This document shows positions 30,969 to 39,661 of a stretch of DNA of 64,000 nt, piece by piece. The notes under the pieces were generated by a model, which saw only the letters and a list, made by a program, of their open reading frames with translations, was not told the DNA's origin and did no database searches. This DNA comes from Acidimicrobiia bacterium. GTDB taxonomy: Bacteria > Actinomycetota > Acidimicrobiia > Spongiisociales > ZC4RG35. Position numbers and translations under genes: made by a program. The first letter of the stretch is position 1. Every line of letters begins with the position of its first letter. Location: the NCBI GenBank assembly GCA_965215185.1, contig OZ244034.1:2688001-2752000 (forward strand), given 5' to 3'.

Positions 30969-31828
30969 TGTATCCCAGGTCATTTGAGTATGTATCCCCG
31001 GGGTCGCTGGACGAGGCAACCTCGATTCTGGCTTCCACGGAAGGCGCCAAGGTGCTGGCCGGAGGAATGAGTCTTCTGCCCATCATGAAGCTGCGCCTCT
31101 TCTCGCCCGAAGTCGTGGTGGATATCGGACGAATCCCTGGGCTTTCCTCCATCGAAGATCGGGGAGATCATGTGGCAGTGGGGGCGTTGGTACGCCATGC
31201 CGCCACCGCGTCGGATCCGCTGATTGCAGAGCACGCCGCGGCCCTAGCCACCGCAGCTTCCTGGACGGGAGATGTTCAGGTGCGTAACCAGGGCACCACT
31301 TGCGGTTCGATTGCTCATGCCGATATCGCTGCTGATCAGCCTTCCGCGGCTTTGGCTTTGGGCGCCACTATGGTGGCGGCCTCGGCCGGGGGCATTCGGG
31401 AGATCGCGGCAGCAGATTTCTTTGTGGACACCCTCACCACGGCCTTGGAGCCCGGCGAAATTCTCACCGAGCTCCGTCTCCCCAAGCAGGGCGGAGGATC
31501 CGCCTATGAGAAGCTGGGCCGCCGCGGTGGCCACACCGATTACGCGGTGGCGGGCGCTACGGCCTGGGTGGACCTTGCCGACGGTGCGGTCTGCTGCGGG
31601 CGGGTGGCGCTCACCGGAGTGGGTCCCAAACCCACCCTGGCGGAAGGCGTCATGGAAAGTCTGATCGGAACCGACGGTTCAGACGCGGCGGTGGCGGAAG
31701 CCTCCGAGCGGGCCATCGAGGGCGTCACTGTTCTCGACGATCTTTTCGGAACTGTGGAATATAAGGCTCACTTGGCCAAGGTCATGACCCGGCGGGCTCT
31801 GCAACAGGCTATAGCCGCCGCCAGATAA
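30968..31828 (+). CDS. coxM: Molybdenum hydroxylase FAD subunit
   Basis: LAGGMSL, QVRNQGT.GSIAHAD. Confidence 0.92.
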   Translation: MYPRSFEYVSPGSLDEATSILASTEGAKVLAGGMSLLPIMKLRLFSPEVVVDIGRIPGLSSIEDRGDHVAVGALVRHAATASDPLIAEHAAALATAASWTGDVQVRNQGTTCGSIAHADIAADQPSAALALGATMVAASAGGIREIAAADFFVDTLTTALEPGEILTELRLPKQGGGSAYEKLGRRGGHTDYAVAGATAWVDLADGAVCCGRVALTGVGPKPTLAEGVMESLIGTDGSDAAVAEASERAIEGVTVLDDLFGTVEYKAHLAKVMTRRALQQAIAAAR

Positions 31829-31866
31829 TCAAATCTCTCTGTCGGAAGCGGGCGGAGATCAAAACA

Positions 31867-31908
31867 AAGAGGGTTGGGACTCTTTTGGAAGTCCCAACCC
31901 TTCTTTTT
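31867..31908. terminator. Intrinsic terminator between convergent coxM and SPFH genes
   Basis: gggttgggact/agtcccaaccc 11-bp stem, T-run after and A-rich run before. Confidence 0.8.
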
Positions 31909-31964
31909 GGCTGTTGCTATTTCAGGTTTTGATAAAGGGCTTGTGTTGCCTTGAACAGTGACTG

Positions 31965-32894
31965 CTAAGTGGCCGGGTTTTGGTTGCCGGTTTCTTTGAG
32001 TAGTTCTCCGATGGCTGCCACGCTGCCCAGGACGCCGCTGGTGTCCAGGGGCAGGAAGATCTTGGTGGCCTGGCCATTGGCGATCCCCTGCAGGGCCTCG
32101 AGATAGCGGATGGCGATCAGGTCGGGAGTGGGGTCTCCGTTGTGGATGGCTGCGAACACTTTCTCGATCGCCTGGGCTTCGCCTTCTGCCACGGTGAGCA
32201 ATTGGAACCGCTCGGCGGCGGCCACGGTCTGGATGGCTTGCGCCTCACCTTCGGCTTCCAGGATCCGGCTTGCTCTTACCCCTTCGGCCTTGAGGATTCG
32301 GGAGCGCTTGTCGCCTTCGGCCTCGGTCACCACCGCTCTTCTCTCTCGTTCAGCTTTCATCTGGCGGTGCATGGACTGAGTCACATCGGCGGGAGGCTCG
32401 ATCCGTTGGATCTCGACTCGTACCACCCGGGTTCCCCACTTGTCGGTGGCGTCATCGAGGATCTGACGCAGCTTGGTGTTGATCACCTCCCGGGAGGTGA
32501 GAGCGGAATCGAGGTCCAAGTCGCCGACCACGTTCCTCAGGTTGGTTTGGGCCAGCTTGGTGACCGCCACGATGAAGCGGCCTACGTTGTATTTCAGCTT
32601 GACAGGATCGGTGGGCTCGTAGTAGATCACCGCGTCCACGGTCACCGCTACGTTGTCCTTGGTGATTACTTCTTGGGGAGGTACGTCCACCACTTGTTCG
32701 CGCATGTCGACCTTGGTTAGCCGCTTGACAAAAGGCATCACCCACCGGAGCCCGGAGTCGACCGTGTGCTGGTAGCGGCCGAAAAGTTCGATCAGGCCCT
32801 TTTCGAATGGCCTGATCACCTTCAGTCCTGCCGCGGCGAACAAGATCAATGCCAAAGCCACTGCGGCGAATAGTCCGATAACCGCTATATCCAT
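31965..32894 (-). CDS. SPFH/stomatin-like protein (QmcA-like)
   Basis: N-terminal TM, PPQEVITKDN, QTNLRNVVG, QMKAERERRA coiled coil. Confidence 0.93.
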   Translation of the reverse strand: MDIAVIGLFAAVALALILFAAAGLKVIRPFEKGLIELFGRYQHTVDSGLRWVMPFVKRLTKVDMREQVVDVPPQEVITKDNVAVTVDAVIYYEPTDPVKLKYNVGRFIVAVTKLAQTNLRNVVGDLDLDSALTSREVINTKLRQILDDATDKWGTRVVRVEIQRIEPPADVTQSMHRQMKAERERRAVVTEAEGDKRSRILKAEGVRASRILEAEGEAQAIQTVAAAERFQLLTVAEGEAQAIEKVFAAIHNGDPTPDLIAIRYLEALQGIANGQATKIFLPLDTSGVLGSVAAIGELLKETGNQNPAT

Positions 32895-32948
32895 CAAGTC
32901 ACTTCCTTTCCAATTCCTTGCTGTGCACGTATTGCATGTGCAAATGCT

Positions 32949-33395
32949 TCAAGACGTGGGAACTACTACCAGCTTGGTTCCTTCCACCCTGATCACCTCT
33001 ATGGTGTTGCCAGGGAGGATGTTCTCCTTGCCGAGTTCGACGGTGGCCCTCCACTCTTCGCCGGAGATTCGGACCATCCCGCGTCCGTTGATCTGATCGA
33101 TTTCTTCCAGGACCAGTCCGTTGGCGCCCTTCCATCGGTTGGCGCCCACCTGTGGCTGTCCGTTGTTGGAGTCCTGTTTCTTGATAAACCTGTGCAGGAA
33201 GGCCCAGGCCAGCAGAGAGACCCCGAAAAACACCAGCCATTGAGCCAGAGGGGATACGTTTAGCCAGGCTAAGATTGCGGCCGCGCCCGCGCCGATGACA
33301 AAGGGCAGCAGAAAGAACCCGGCGGTAACTACCTCGCCGATCCCCAGCAGGACGGCCATCCCCAACCAAAGCCATCGTATTAGCTCGTTGTCCAT
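32949..33395 (-). CDS. Short NfeD family protein
   Basis: Hydrophobic N-terminus plus OB fold G.VRISGEEWRA..VEGTKLVV; upstream of SPFH. Confidence 0.9.
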   Translation of the reverse strand: MDNELIRWLWLGMAVLLGIGEVVTAGFFLLPFVIGAGAAAILAWLNVSPLAQWLVFFGVSLLAWAFLHRFIKKQDSNNGQPQVGANRWKGANGLVLEEIDQINGRGMVRISGEEWRATVELGKENILPGNTIEVIRVEGTKLVVVPTS

Positions 33396-33575
33396 GTTCT
33401 CACTCCTTGTCCGTTCCCGGAGGGCGATCTTGACTCAGTTCCGGACTCATCCGGTTTGTTAACTCGGATGCCTAGTGACTTCAATACTAGGCTCGGTTTC
33501 CCGACTACATTCAGGTGGTTGGGGCATGGAAAGTATTACAACGGCGGAAAACTCGAAGGTGTGGTTGACTGCATA

Positions 33576-36221
33576 ATGACCAAGGGCGAGTACGTATTCA
33601 GCTTTGATGAGGCCGACCCCAGGGACAATGATCTGCTGGGAGGGAAGGGCGCTGGGTTGGCCCGGATGGTGGAGATGGGCTTGGCGGTCCCCCCGGGGTT
33701 TGTCATCACTACCGCCGCCTGTCGTTACTTCCTGGAAAAGGGCAAGGTCCCTGCTCACCTTTGGGCCCAAGTGGAAGAGGCTTTGGCCAGGGTCGAAGAA
33801 CAGACGGGGCGCCACTTGGGAGGGGTGGGAGGGCCCCCGCTTCTCCTGTCAGCCCGTTCGGGCGCCAAGATCTCCATGCCCGGAATGATGGACACGGTGC
33901 TCAACCTGGGCGCCAATCATGCGGTGGTATCAGAGTTGGCCCGATGGTCTGGCGACGCCCGCTTCGCTTGGGACGCGTACCGACGGTTGATTCAGACCTA
34001 CGGGGGGGTAGTGCTGGGCGCGGATCGCGATGATTTCGAAGAGGTGATGACCAGTCTCAGGGAACATAGGAATGTAGTCGAGGACTCCCGGCTTCCCACT
34101 TCCGATTTGGTGGAGGCAGTCCGCAGGTTTCGGATGCTGCTCGCCTCCCAGGATTGCGAGGTTCCGGTGGATCCCATGGAACAGGTCCGGACCTCCATTC
34201 TGGCGGTATTCGAGTCCTGGAATTCCCCGAGAGCACACAGCTATCGGCGCCTCAATGATATTCCGCATGATCTTGGAACGGCCTGCAACATCCAGATGAT
34301 GGTCTTCGGAAACCTGGGTGCCGACTCTGGCACGGGGGTGTATTTCACCCGCGACCCCGCGACCGGAAACAAGGAGATGTTCGGGGACTATCTGGCCAAC
34401 GCTCAGGGCGAGGATGTGGTGGCGGGCATTCGCCAGACATCTCCTATCGCTCACCTTGCCGAGGTCCAACCCGAATTGCATGCCGAATTGAGTGCCGTGG
34501 GCGAATCCCTGGAATCGGCCTATTCGGACATGTGTGACATCGAGTTCACCATCGAAAAGGGGAAACTGTGGATATTGCAGACCCGGGTTGGGAAACGGTC
34601 GGCGGCGGCCGCGGTCAGAGCGGCGGTGGAAATGGTCGAGGAGGGGCTGATCGACCGCGAAACCGCCTTGATGCGAGTGGAGCCCAGCCAATTGGAGCAA
34701 CTGCTCGTACCGGGCATCAACGAAGAGAAGTCTCCTCCGCCGGCTTTTTTCGGGCTGGAGGCTTCTCCGGGCGCCGCGGTGGGTCGCGCGGTGTTCAATG
34801 TCCCCCGGGCAGTGGAGATGGCGGGTCAGGAAATACCGGTGATACTGGTGCGCTGGGAGACCACCCCCGACGACATAGACGGGCTGTTCGCCTCCGAAGG
34901 CATTCTGACCAGCCACGGCGGCAAGACCAGTCATGCGGCAGTGGTGGCCCGCGCCATGGGGACTCCGGCCGTTACCGGCGCCTCCGAGATGTGGATCAAC
35001 GCCGAGGAAGGATTCTTCACCGCGCCGGGAGGTCAACGGGTGCAAGAGGGGGATATGATCGCCATCGACGGCACCACCGGGCGGGTGTTTATCGGCGAAG
35101 TCGAGTTGGTGGCGCCTTCTTCCCCCGATGAGTTGACGACTTTGCTGGAATGGGCCGATGAGACGCGCCGTTTGGGTATCTGGGCCAACGCCGATACCGG
35201 CAAGGATGCAGCCCGGGCCGCGGAGTTGGGCGCCGAAGGCATCGGCCTGGCGCGCACCGAGCACATGTTCATGGGTGACCGGTTGCCGGTGGTGCGCCGC
35301 ATCATCATGGAGGAAGATCGCATAGAGGCTCTGGAACAACTGGAGGAGTTGCAGGCCGATGACTTCACCGCCCTATTGGAGGCGATGGACGGCAAGCCGG
35401 TGGTGGTTCGCCTACTCGATCCCCCTCTTCATGAGTTTCTGCCTGACCGTTGGGATCTTCGCGATCAATACGATGAACTGAAGAAGGAGGGAAAGCCCAC
35501 GGCCGAGGTGGAGCGGATGATTGATGTGGTCCGCAGTTGGGAGGAGACCAACCCGATGCTGGGATTGCGGGGAGTTCGCCTGGGACTGATTCGTCCTTCG
35601 CTCTACCGCGTGCAAATCCGAGCGGCCCTGCGGGCCATCCGTCGTCGTTTGGAGGCAGGAGGAGACCCGCATCTGGAGATAATGGTCCCCTTGGTGGTGG
35701 ATCCGGAGGAGATGGTACGCGTGGCGGTGATGCTTGCCGAAGAGCAGGCCGCCTATGGTGTGGATCGGAAGGTCAAGTTGGGCAACATGGTGGAGATTCC
35801 CCGCGCCGCCCTGCTGGCCGGTGAACTGGCCCGTATTTCCGAGTTCTTCTCCTTCGGCACCAACGATCTCACGCAAACCACTTTCGGTTTGAGCCGGGAC
35901 GATGCCGAGGTACGTTTCCTCAACACTTACCTGGCTGACGGTGTCCTGTCCCACAATCCTTTCCAGTCGCTGGACGAAAAAGGCGTGGGGCAATTGGTGA
36001 AATGGGCCACCGAACGGGGCAAAGCTGTCCGGCCGGACCTGTCGGTGGGATTGTGCGGGGAACACGGGGGCGACCCGGCCAGCATCGACTTTTGCCATCG
36101 AGTGGGTCTCGATTACGTGTCGATGAGTCCTCCCCGGATCCCTGGCGCGCGACTCGCGGCTGCTCAAGCAGCCATTCGCAACGGCGACGGCTTGAGTATC
36201 GGGGTCACGACAGATGGCTGA
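33576..36221 (+). CDS. ppdK: Pyruvate phosphate dikinase
   Basis: LGGKGAGL, SMPGMMDT, GGKTSHAAVVAR, SFGTNDL, CGEHGGDP. Confidence 0.97.
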   Translation: MTKGEYVFSFDEADPRDNDLLGGKGAGLARMVEMGLAVPPGFVITTAACRYFLEKGKVPAHLWAQVEEALARVEEQTGRHLGGVGGPPLLLSARSGAKISMPGMMDTVLNLGANHAVVSELARWSGDARFAWDAYRRLIQTYGGVVLGADRDDFEEVMTSLREHRNVVEDSRLPTSDLVEAVRRFRMLLASQDCEVPVDPMEQVRTSILAVFESWNSPRAHSYRRLNDIPHDLGTACNIQMMVFGNLGADSGTGVYFTRDPATGNKEMFGDYLANAQGEDVVAGIRQTSPIAHLAEVQPELHAELSAVGESLESAYSDMCDIEFTIEKGKLWILQTRVGKRSAAAAVRAAVEMVEEGLIDRETALMRVEPSQLEQLLVPGINEEKSPPPAFFGLEASPGAAVGRAVFNVPRAVEMAGQEIPVILVRWETTPDDIDGLFASEGILTSHGGKTSHAAVVARAMGTPAVTGASEMWINAEEGFFTAPGGQRVQEGDMIAIDGTTGRVFIGEVELVAPSSPDELTTLLEWADETRRLGIWANADTGKDAARAAELGAEGIGLARTEHMFMGDRLPVVRRIIMEEDRIEALEQLEELQADDFTALLEAMDGKPVVVRLLDPPLHEFLPDRWDLRDQYDELKKEGKPTAEVERMIDVVRSWEETNPMLGLRGVRLGLIRPSLYRVQIRAALRAIRRRLEAGGDPHLEIMVPLVVDPEEMVRVAVMLAEEQAAYGVDRKVKLGNMVEIPRAALLAGELARISEFFSFGTNDLTQTTFGLSRDDAEVRFLNTYLADGVLSHNPFQSLDEKGVGQLVKWATERGKAVRPDLSVGLCGEHGGDPASIDFCHRVGLDYVSMSPPRIPGARLAAAQAAIRNGDGLSIGVTTDG

Positions 36222-36654
36222 AGTCCGACTCACGCCCGGAGGCGCGCCCCAGACGGTGTTGCCACCGCTGCCATCAGAAGTGGTGGCAACCTTAGATACT
36301 GCCGGTGGCAACCGAGAAACATTGGTCGAAGTTGCGGCTGCTCATCCCGAACTGCCTGACGTATGGGCCGCTTTGGGGAAGCTTTGCGAATTGCAGGCAA
36401 GTTCCCTGACCGGTTACGTGGAGTCTTACGCCTATTACAGGATCGGCTACCACCGCGGCTTGGACGCCCTTCGACAGAACGGGTGGCGTGGATCGGGATA
36501 CGTGCGTTGGTCCCACACTTCCAACCGTGGGTTCTTGGCCAGTCTGGACGGGTTGAGACGAATGGCCGAAGCGATCGGGGAGGTCTCCGAGGCCGAACGT
36601 TGCGCGGAGTTTCTGAGGATGCTCGACCCTTCTTATCGCCCGGAGTCTGAGTAG
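36214..36654 (+). CDS. DUF3151 family protein
   Basis: YAYYRIGYHRGLDALRQNGWRGSG.V.W.H..NRGFL; overlaps the ppdK stop. Confidence 0.88.
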   Translation: MAEVRLTPGGAPQTVLPPLPSEVVATLDTAGGNRETLVEVAAAHPELPDVWAALGKLCELQASSLTGYVESYAYYRIGYHRGLDALRQNGWRGSGYVRWSHTSNRGFLASLDGLRRMAEAIGEVSEAERCAEFLRMLDPSYRPESE

Positions 36655-36669
36655 TCATCAGGTAAATTG

Positions 36670-37104
36670 TTAGGGGTTTGCTTCTCCCACTAAACGGGCT
36701 CTTCGGAAACGAGCTCCGGCGATGATCCGGGCGTTGTCGTAAGAGATCTCTCCTCTTCGCAAACCCTCCGAGGCGTGTGGCAATTCCTTGACTTCCACTG
36801 CGGTGTCCACTTCCGATCGAGCCCGCCGCCGCGACAGCAGACCATCTTCTCGCAACACCGTTTCCACCAACTCGGTTCCTCCCCTACGGCGCAACTCCAT
36901 TAGGGCTTCCGCCAGGACCGCCGCGGCCTGATTCTCCGCATGAATGGTGGATTGCACCCGCTCCCGCAGCTGTCCCGCACTGGCTTCTGACAACGGCAAC
37001 ATGGAAGCCAACAACCGCGCCTCGTTGACCGCCTGTCCGTTAATGGCACGTTCCTTGCATGTCCCCCAAGATGTCAAAGGGGCGTGACCAATACTGTCAA
37101 CCAT
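36670..37104 (-). pseudogene. Truncated DUF222 (13E12-repeat/HNH family) remnant
   Basis: LSRRRAR..LP....L..GEISYDNARIIA motif, then an abrupt stop with no HNH domain. Confidence 0.55.
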
Positions 37105-37147
37105 CCCTAAGTTGTGAAAATACTCCCTAAAGAGGCGCCACGGTAGA

Positions 37148-37642
37148 TCAGGACAGATCGAACCAACCGGGCGCTGCCATCCGGTCGAGGTCGGCTAGGC
37201 CGATGGGGAACACCGTGGTCGGTGTGCCTGCCGCCGCCCACACGAGATCATGGCGACGGAGGGCTCGGTCGGCGAAGACCCGCAGCGGTTGGGCGTGACC
37301 GAAGGGCGGCGTTCCCCCGGCGGCGAACCCCGTTGCTTCCTTAACCCGGTCGAGCGAGGCCCGGAGGGCTCTCTGCCCTCCCGCCGCCTCGGCCAGCTTC
37401 ACCGGCTGTAGTCGTCGATCACCGGGCAGCAGCGCCAACACGGTTTCGCCATCCACCTCGAACACCAAGGACTTGACAATCTCGCTCGGTTGGCATCCCA
37501 CCGCCCGGGCGGCGCTGACCGCGGTTTTGGTTCCGGCGGGAAAGATCCGGATATCGGCCGAAACGTCCACACCTTCACACTTTGCCAGCCATCGCCTGGT
37601 GGCAGCGGGAAGGCCGGTTGGGTCGGGCATCCTTTCATACAT
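37148..37642 (-). CDS. YbaK/EbsC aminoacyl-tRNA editing family protein
   Basis: IVKSLVF, TGFAAGGTPPFG, WAAAG. Confidence 0.9.
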   Translation of the reverse strand: MYERMPDPTGLPAATRRWLAKCEGVDVSADIRIFPAGTKTAVSAARAVGCQPSEIVKSLVFEVDGETVLALLPGDRRLQPVKLAEAAGGQRALRASLDRVKEATGFAAGGTPPFGHAQPLRVFADRALRRHDLVWAAAGTPTTVFPIGLADLDRMAAPGWFDLS

Positions 37643-37707
37643 TATCGGGTCGGGGAGCAGGGGTATTCTCGGCGTGGTTCATAGGCTCGGCGTCGAAAGG
37701 AGCACCG

Positions 37708-38163
37708 GTGAGACGAACTATTGAGCATGTCAGGGAATTTGCCGCGGCCGACCAAGGACTGGCTATTGTCTCCTTTGCCCGAGGAAACGGGACGGTGCAC
37801 TCCACCCTGATCAACGCCGGAGTGATGGCTCATCCCGTCACTGGTGAGGAGGTGGTGGCGTTGGTGGTACGGGGCGGCACCGTGAAACTGGCGCATTGGC
37901 GACGTTCCCCACTGGCCACCATCGTGTTCAGGGCGGGATGGTCATGGATTGGTGTGGAAGGCACAGTAACCCAGGTGGGCCCCGACGATCCAATGGAGGG
38001 TTTCGATCTGACCCATTTGCCCGAAGCGCTGCGGGCGGTGTTCACCGCGGCCGGCGGTACTCATTCCGACTGGGAGGAATATGATCGGGTGATGGCCGCT
38101 GAGCGTCGAGCCGCCGTGTTTATTCATCCCGTCAAGATAAGAGGAACGAACCTGTGGAGATAG
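37708..38163 (+). CDS. PPOX-class (probably F420-dependent) oxidoreductase
   Basis: Split-barrel pattern, AAGGTHSDWEEYDRVMAAERR; AAGGAG RBS before GTG. Confidence 0.82.
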   Translation: MRRTIEHVREFAAADQGLAIVSFARGNGTVHSTLINAGVMAHPVTGEEVVALVVRGGTVKLAHWRRSPLATIVFRAGWSWIGVEGTVTQVGPDDPMEGFDLTHLPEALRAVFTAAGGTHSDWEEYDRVMAAERRAAVFIHPVKIRGTNLWR

Positions 38164-38232
38164 GCCGACGGGTGAACTGATTCTCCGCAATGGAGCGGGG
38201 GCTGCCTAGCGGGGCCGCTACGTTGAGGGTTG

Positions 38233-38808
38233 ATGTCAAGGTTTGTATCCGGTCGGGAGCGTCGCCTGTGGCTGTGGACATTGGCCGTTGTGGTGGCGAT
38301 CTACTCGACGCTCGGCCTTGCGGGAATGGTGGCCGGGGCGCTGGGCGACGACGACCTGGCAGCGGTCTTCTTTGTGCTCGGCATGCTTCTGGTCGGGGCG
38401 ACCGTCGTGACGCAGGGGCTAAAGGCACGACCGGGCGGGGCCGAGATAGGTGTCGCCTTGGGCGTGGCGGTCGTTTATCTCATGGTGCTCTTTCGGATGA
38501 CCATCCCAGAACGCAGCCACCTCATCGAGTATGGAGTGGTGGCCGTCTTCATCTATGAAGCGCTTGCGGAACGAGCGGCCCAGGGGCGCCGTGTTCCCGT
38601 CCCTGCTGTGCTGGCGGTCTTGGCGACTTCCCTGGTGGGAATGCTCGATGAATGCATCCAATTGTTTCTGCCCAACCGCGTTTTCGACCCCCTCGATATG
38701 GTTTTCAATTTTCTGGCCGCAGCAATGGTGATCACTGCGCGGTGGACTCTGGAATGGGTGCGGCGTCGAAGTCGCTCCATCCCGCCCAAGTCAAGGCCCA
38801 AAACATAG
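38233..38808 (+). CDS. VanZ family membrane protein
   Basis: ERSHLIEY, DECIQLFLPNRVFDPLD. Confidence 0.85.
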   Translation: MSRFVSGRERRLWLWTLAVVVAIYSTLGLAGMVAGALGDDDLAAVFFVLGMLLVGATVVTQGLKARPGGAEIGVALGVAVVYLMVLFRMTIPERSHLIEYGVVAVFIYEALAERAAQGRRVPVPAVLAVLATSLVGMLDECIQLFLPNRVFDPLDMVFNFLAAAMVITARWTLEWVRRRSRSIPPKSRPKT

Positions 38809-38863
38809 CTCTAGCCCCGATGCAGGGGATGTGTGGTCTCCACAGTTGATACCCTGGCAGGCT

Positions 38864-39640
38864 ATGGGGACCCGTCTGGACTCTCAACGAGCGGCAGTAA
38901 CCGCGGGCGCCGGCGGGTTGGGACTGGTGGTGGCCACGGCTTTGGCCGAAGCGGGGGCCAAGACATTCGTATGTGACATCGACCAAGCTGCCTTGGAGGC
39001 GCTCCCCAGCCACATCGAGGGGACCAGGGTGGATGTGGCCGATCCCGACGCGGTTGCCCTCTGGCTCGACCCCATTGCGGCGGAGGGAATCGACATCCTG
39101 GTCAACAATGCCGGTTCGGCGGGACCCACCGCTGCGGTGGAGGACATCGATCCCGGGGAGTGGCGAAGGTGTGTGGAGGTATGTCTGTCGGGGCAGTTCT
39201 ACTGCACCCGGCGGGTTGTCCCCGCCATGAAAGCGCGGGGTGGTGGAGTGATTATCAACATAACCTCCACTGCCGGGTTGATGGGCATGCCAAATCGCGC
39301 CCCATACGTGGCCGCCAAGTTCGGGGTTGTCGGGTTGACCAAGACGCTGGCGATGGAGTTGGGTCGGGACAACATCCGAGTAAACGCTATCTCTCCCGGA
39401 TCGATCACCGGTGAGCGGATGGAGCGGGTTATTTCAGCCCACTCCGCTGCCGAAGGGATACCTGTCGAGACGGCCAGGTCCCTGTACGTGGAGGGCACAT
39501 CGATGGCCACCTTCGTCTCCCCGCAAGAGGTTGCCGACCTGGTGCTTTACCTGGCCAGCCCTTCCGGTCGCCACATCAGCGGCCAGGTGATTTCCGTGGA
39601 CGGTCACACTGAGACTCTCCATCCCCGACCACTTGGCTGA
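38864..39640 (+). CDS. SDR family oxidoreductase
   Basis: TAGAGGLG, NNAG, YVAAK, NAISPG. Confidence 0.93.
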   Translation: MGTRLDSQRAAVTAGAGGLGLVVATALAEAGAKTFVCDIDQAALEALPSHIEGTRVDVADPDAVALWLDPIAAEGIDILVNNAGSAGPTAAVEDIDPGEWRRCVEVCLSGQFYCTRRVVPAMKARGGGVIINITSTAGLMGMPNRAPYVAAKFGVVGLTKTLAMELGRDNIRVNAISPGSITGERMERVISAHSAAEGIPVETARSLYVEGTSMATFVSPQEVADLVLYLASPSGRHISGQVISVDGHTETLHPRPLG

Positions 39641-39661
39641 GGGACGTACCTAATCGTGCTT

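Noticed and set aside
33471-33491. CCTAGT-N9-ACTAGG palindrome between nfeD and ppdK
   Set aside because: Single short inverted repeat with no second instance or recognised regulator.
28848-35339. Long antisense ORFs (28848-30365, 33930-35339 and similar elsewhere)
   Set aside because: Shadow ORFs of GC-rich coding strands with no recognisable motifs.
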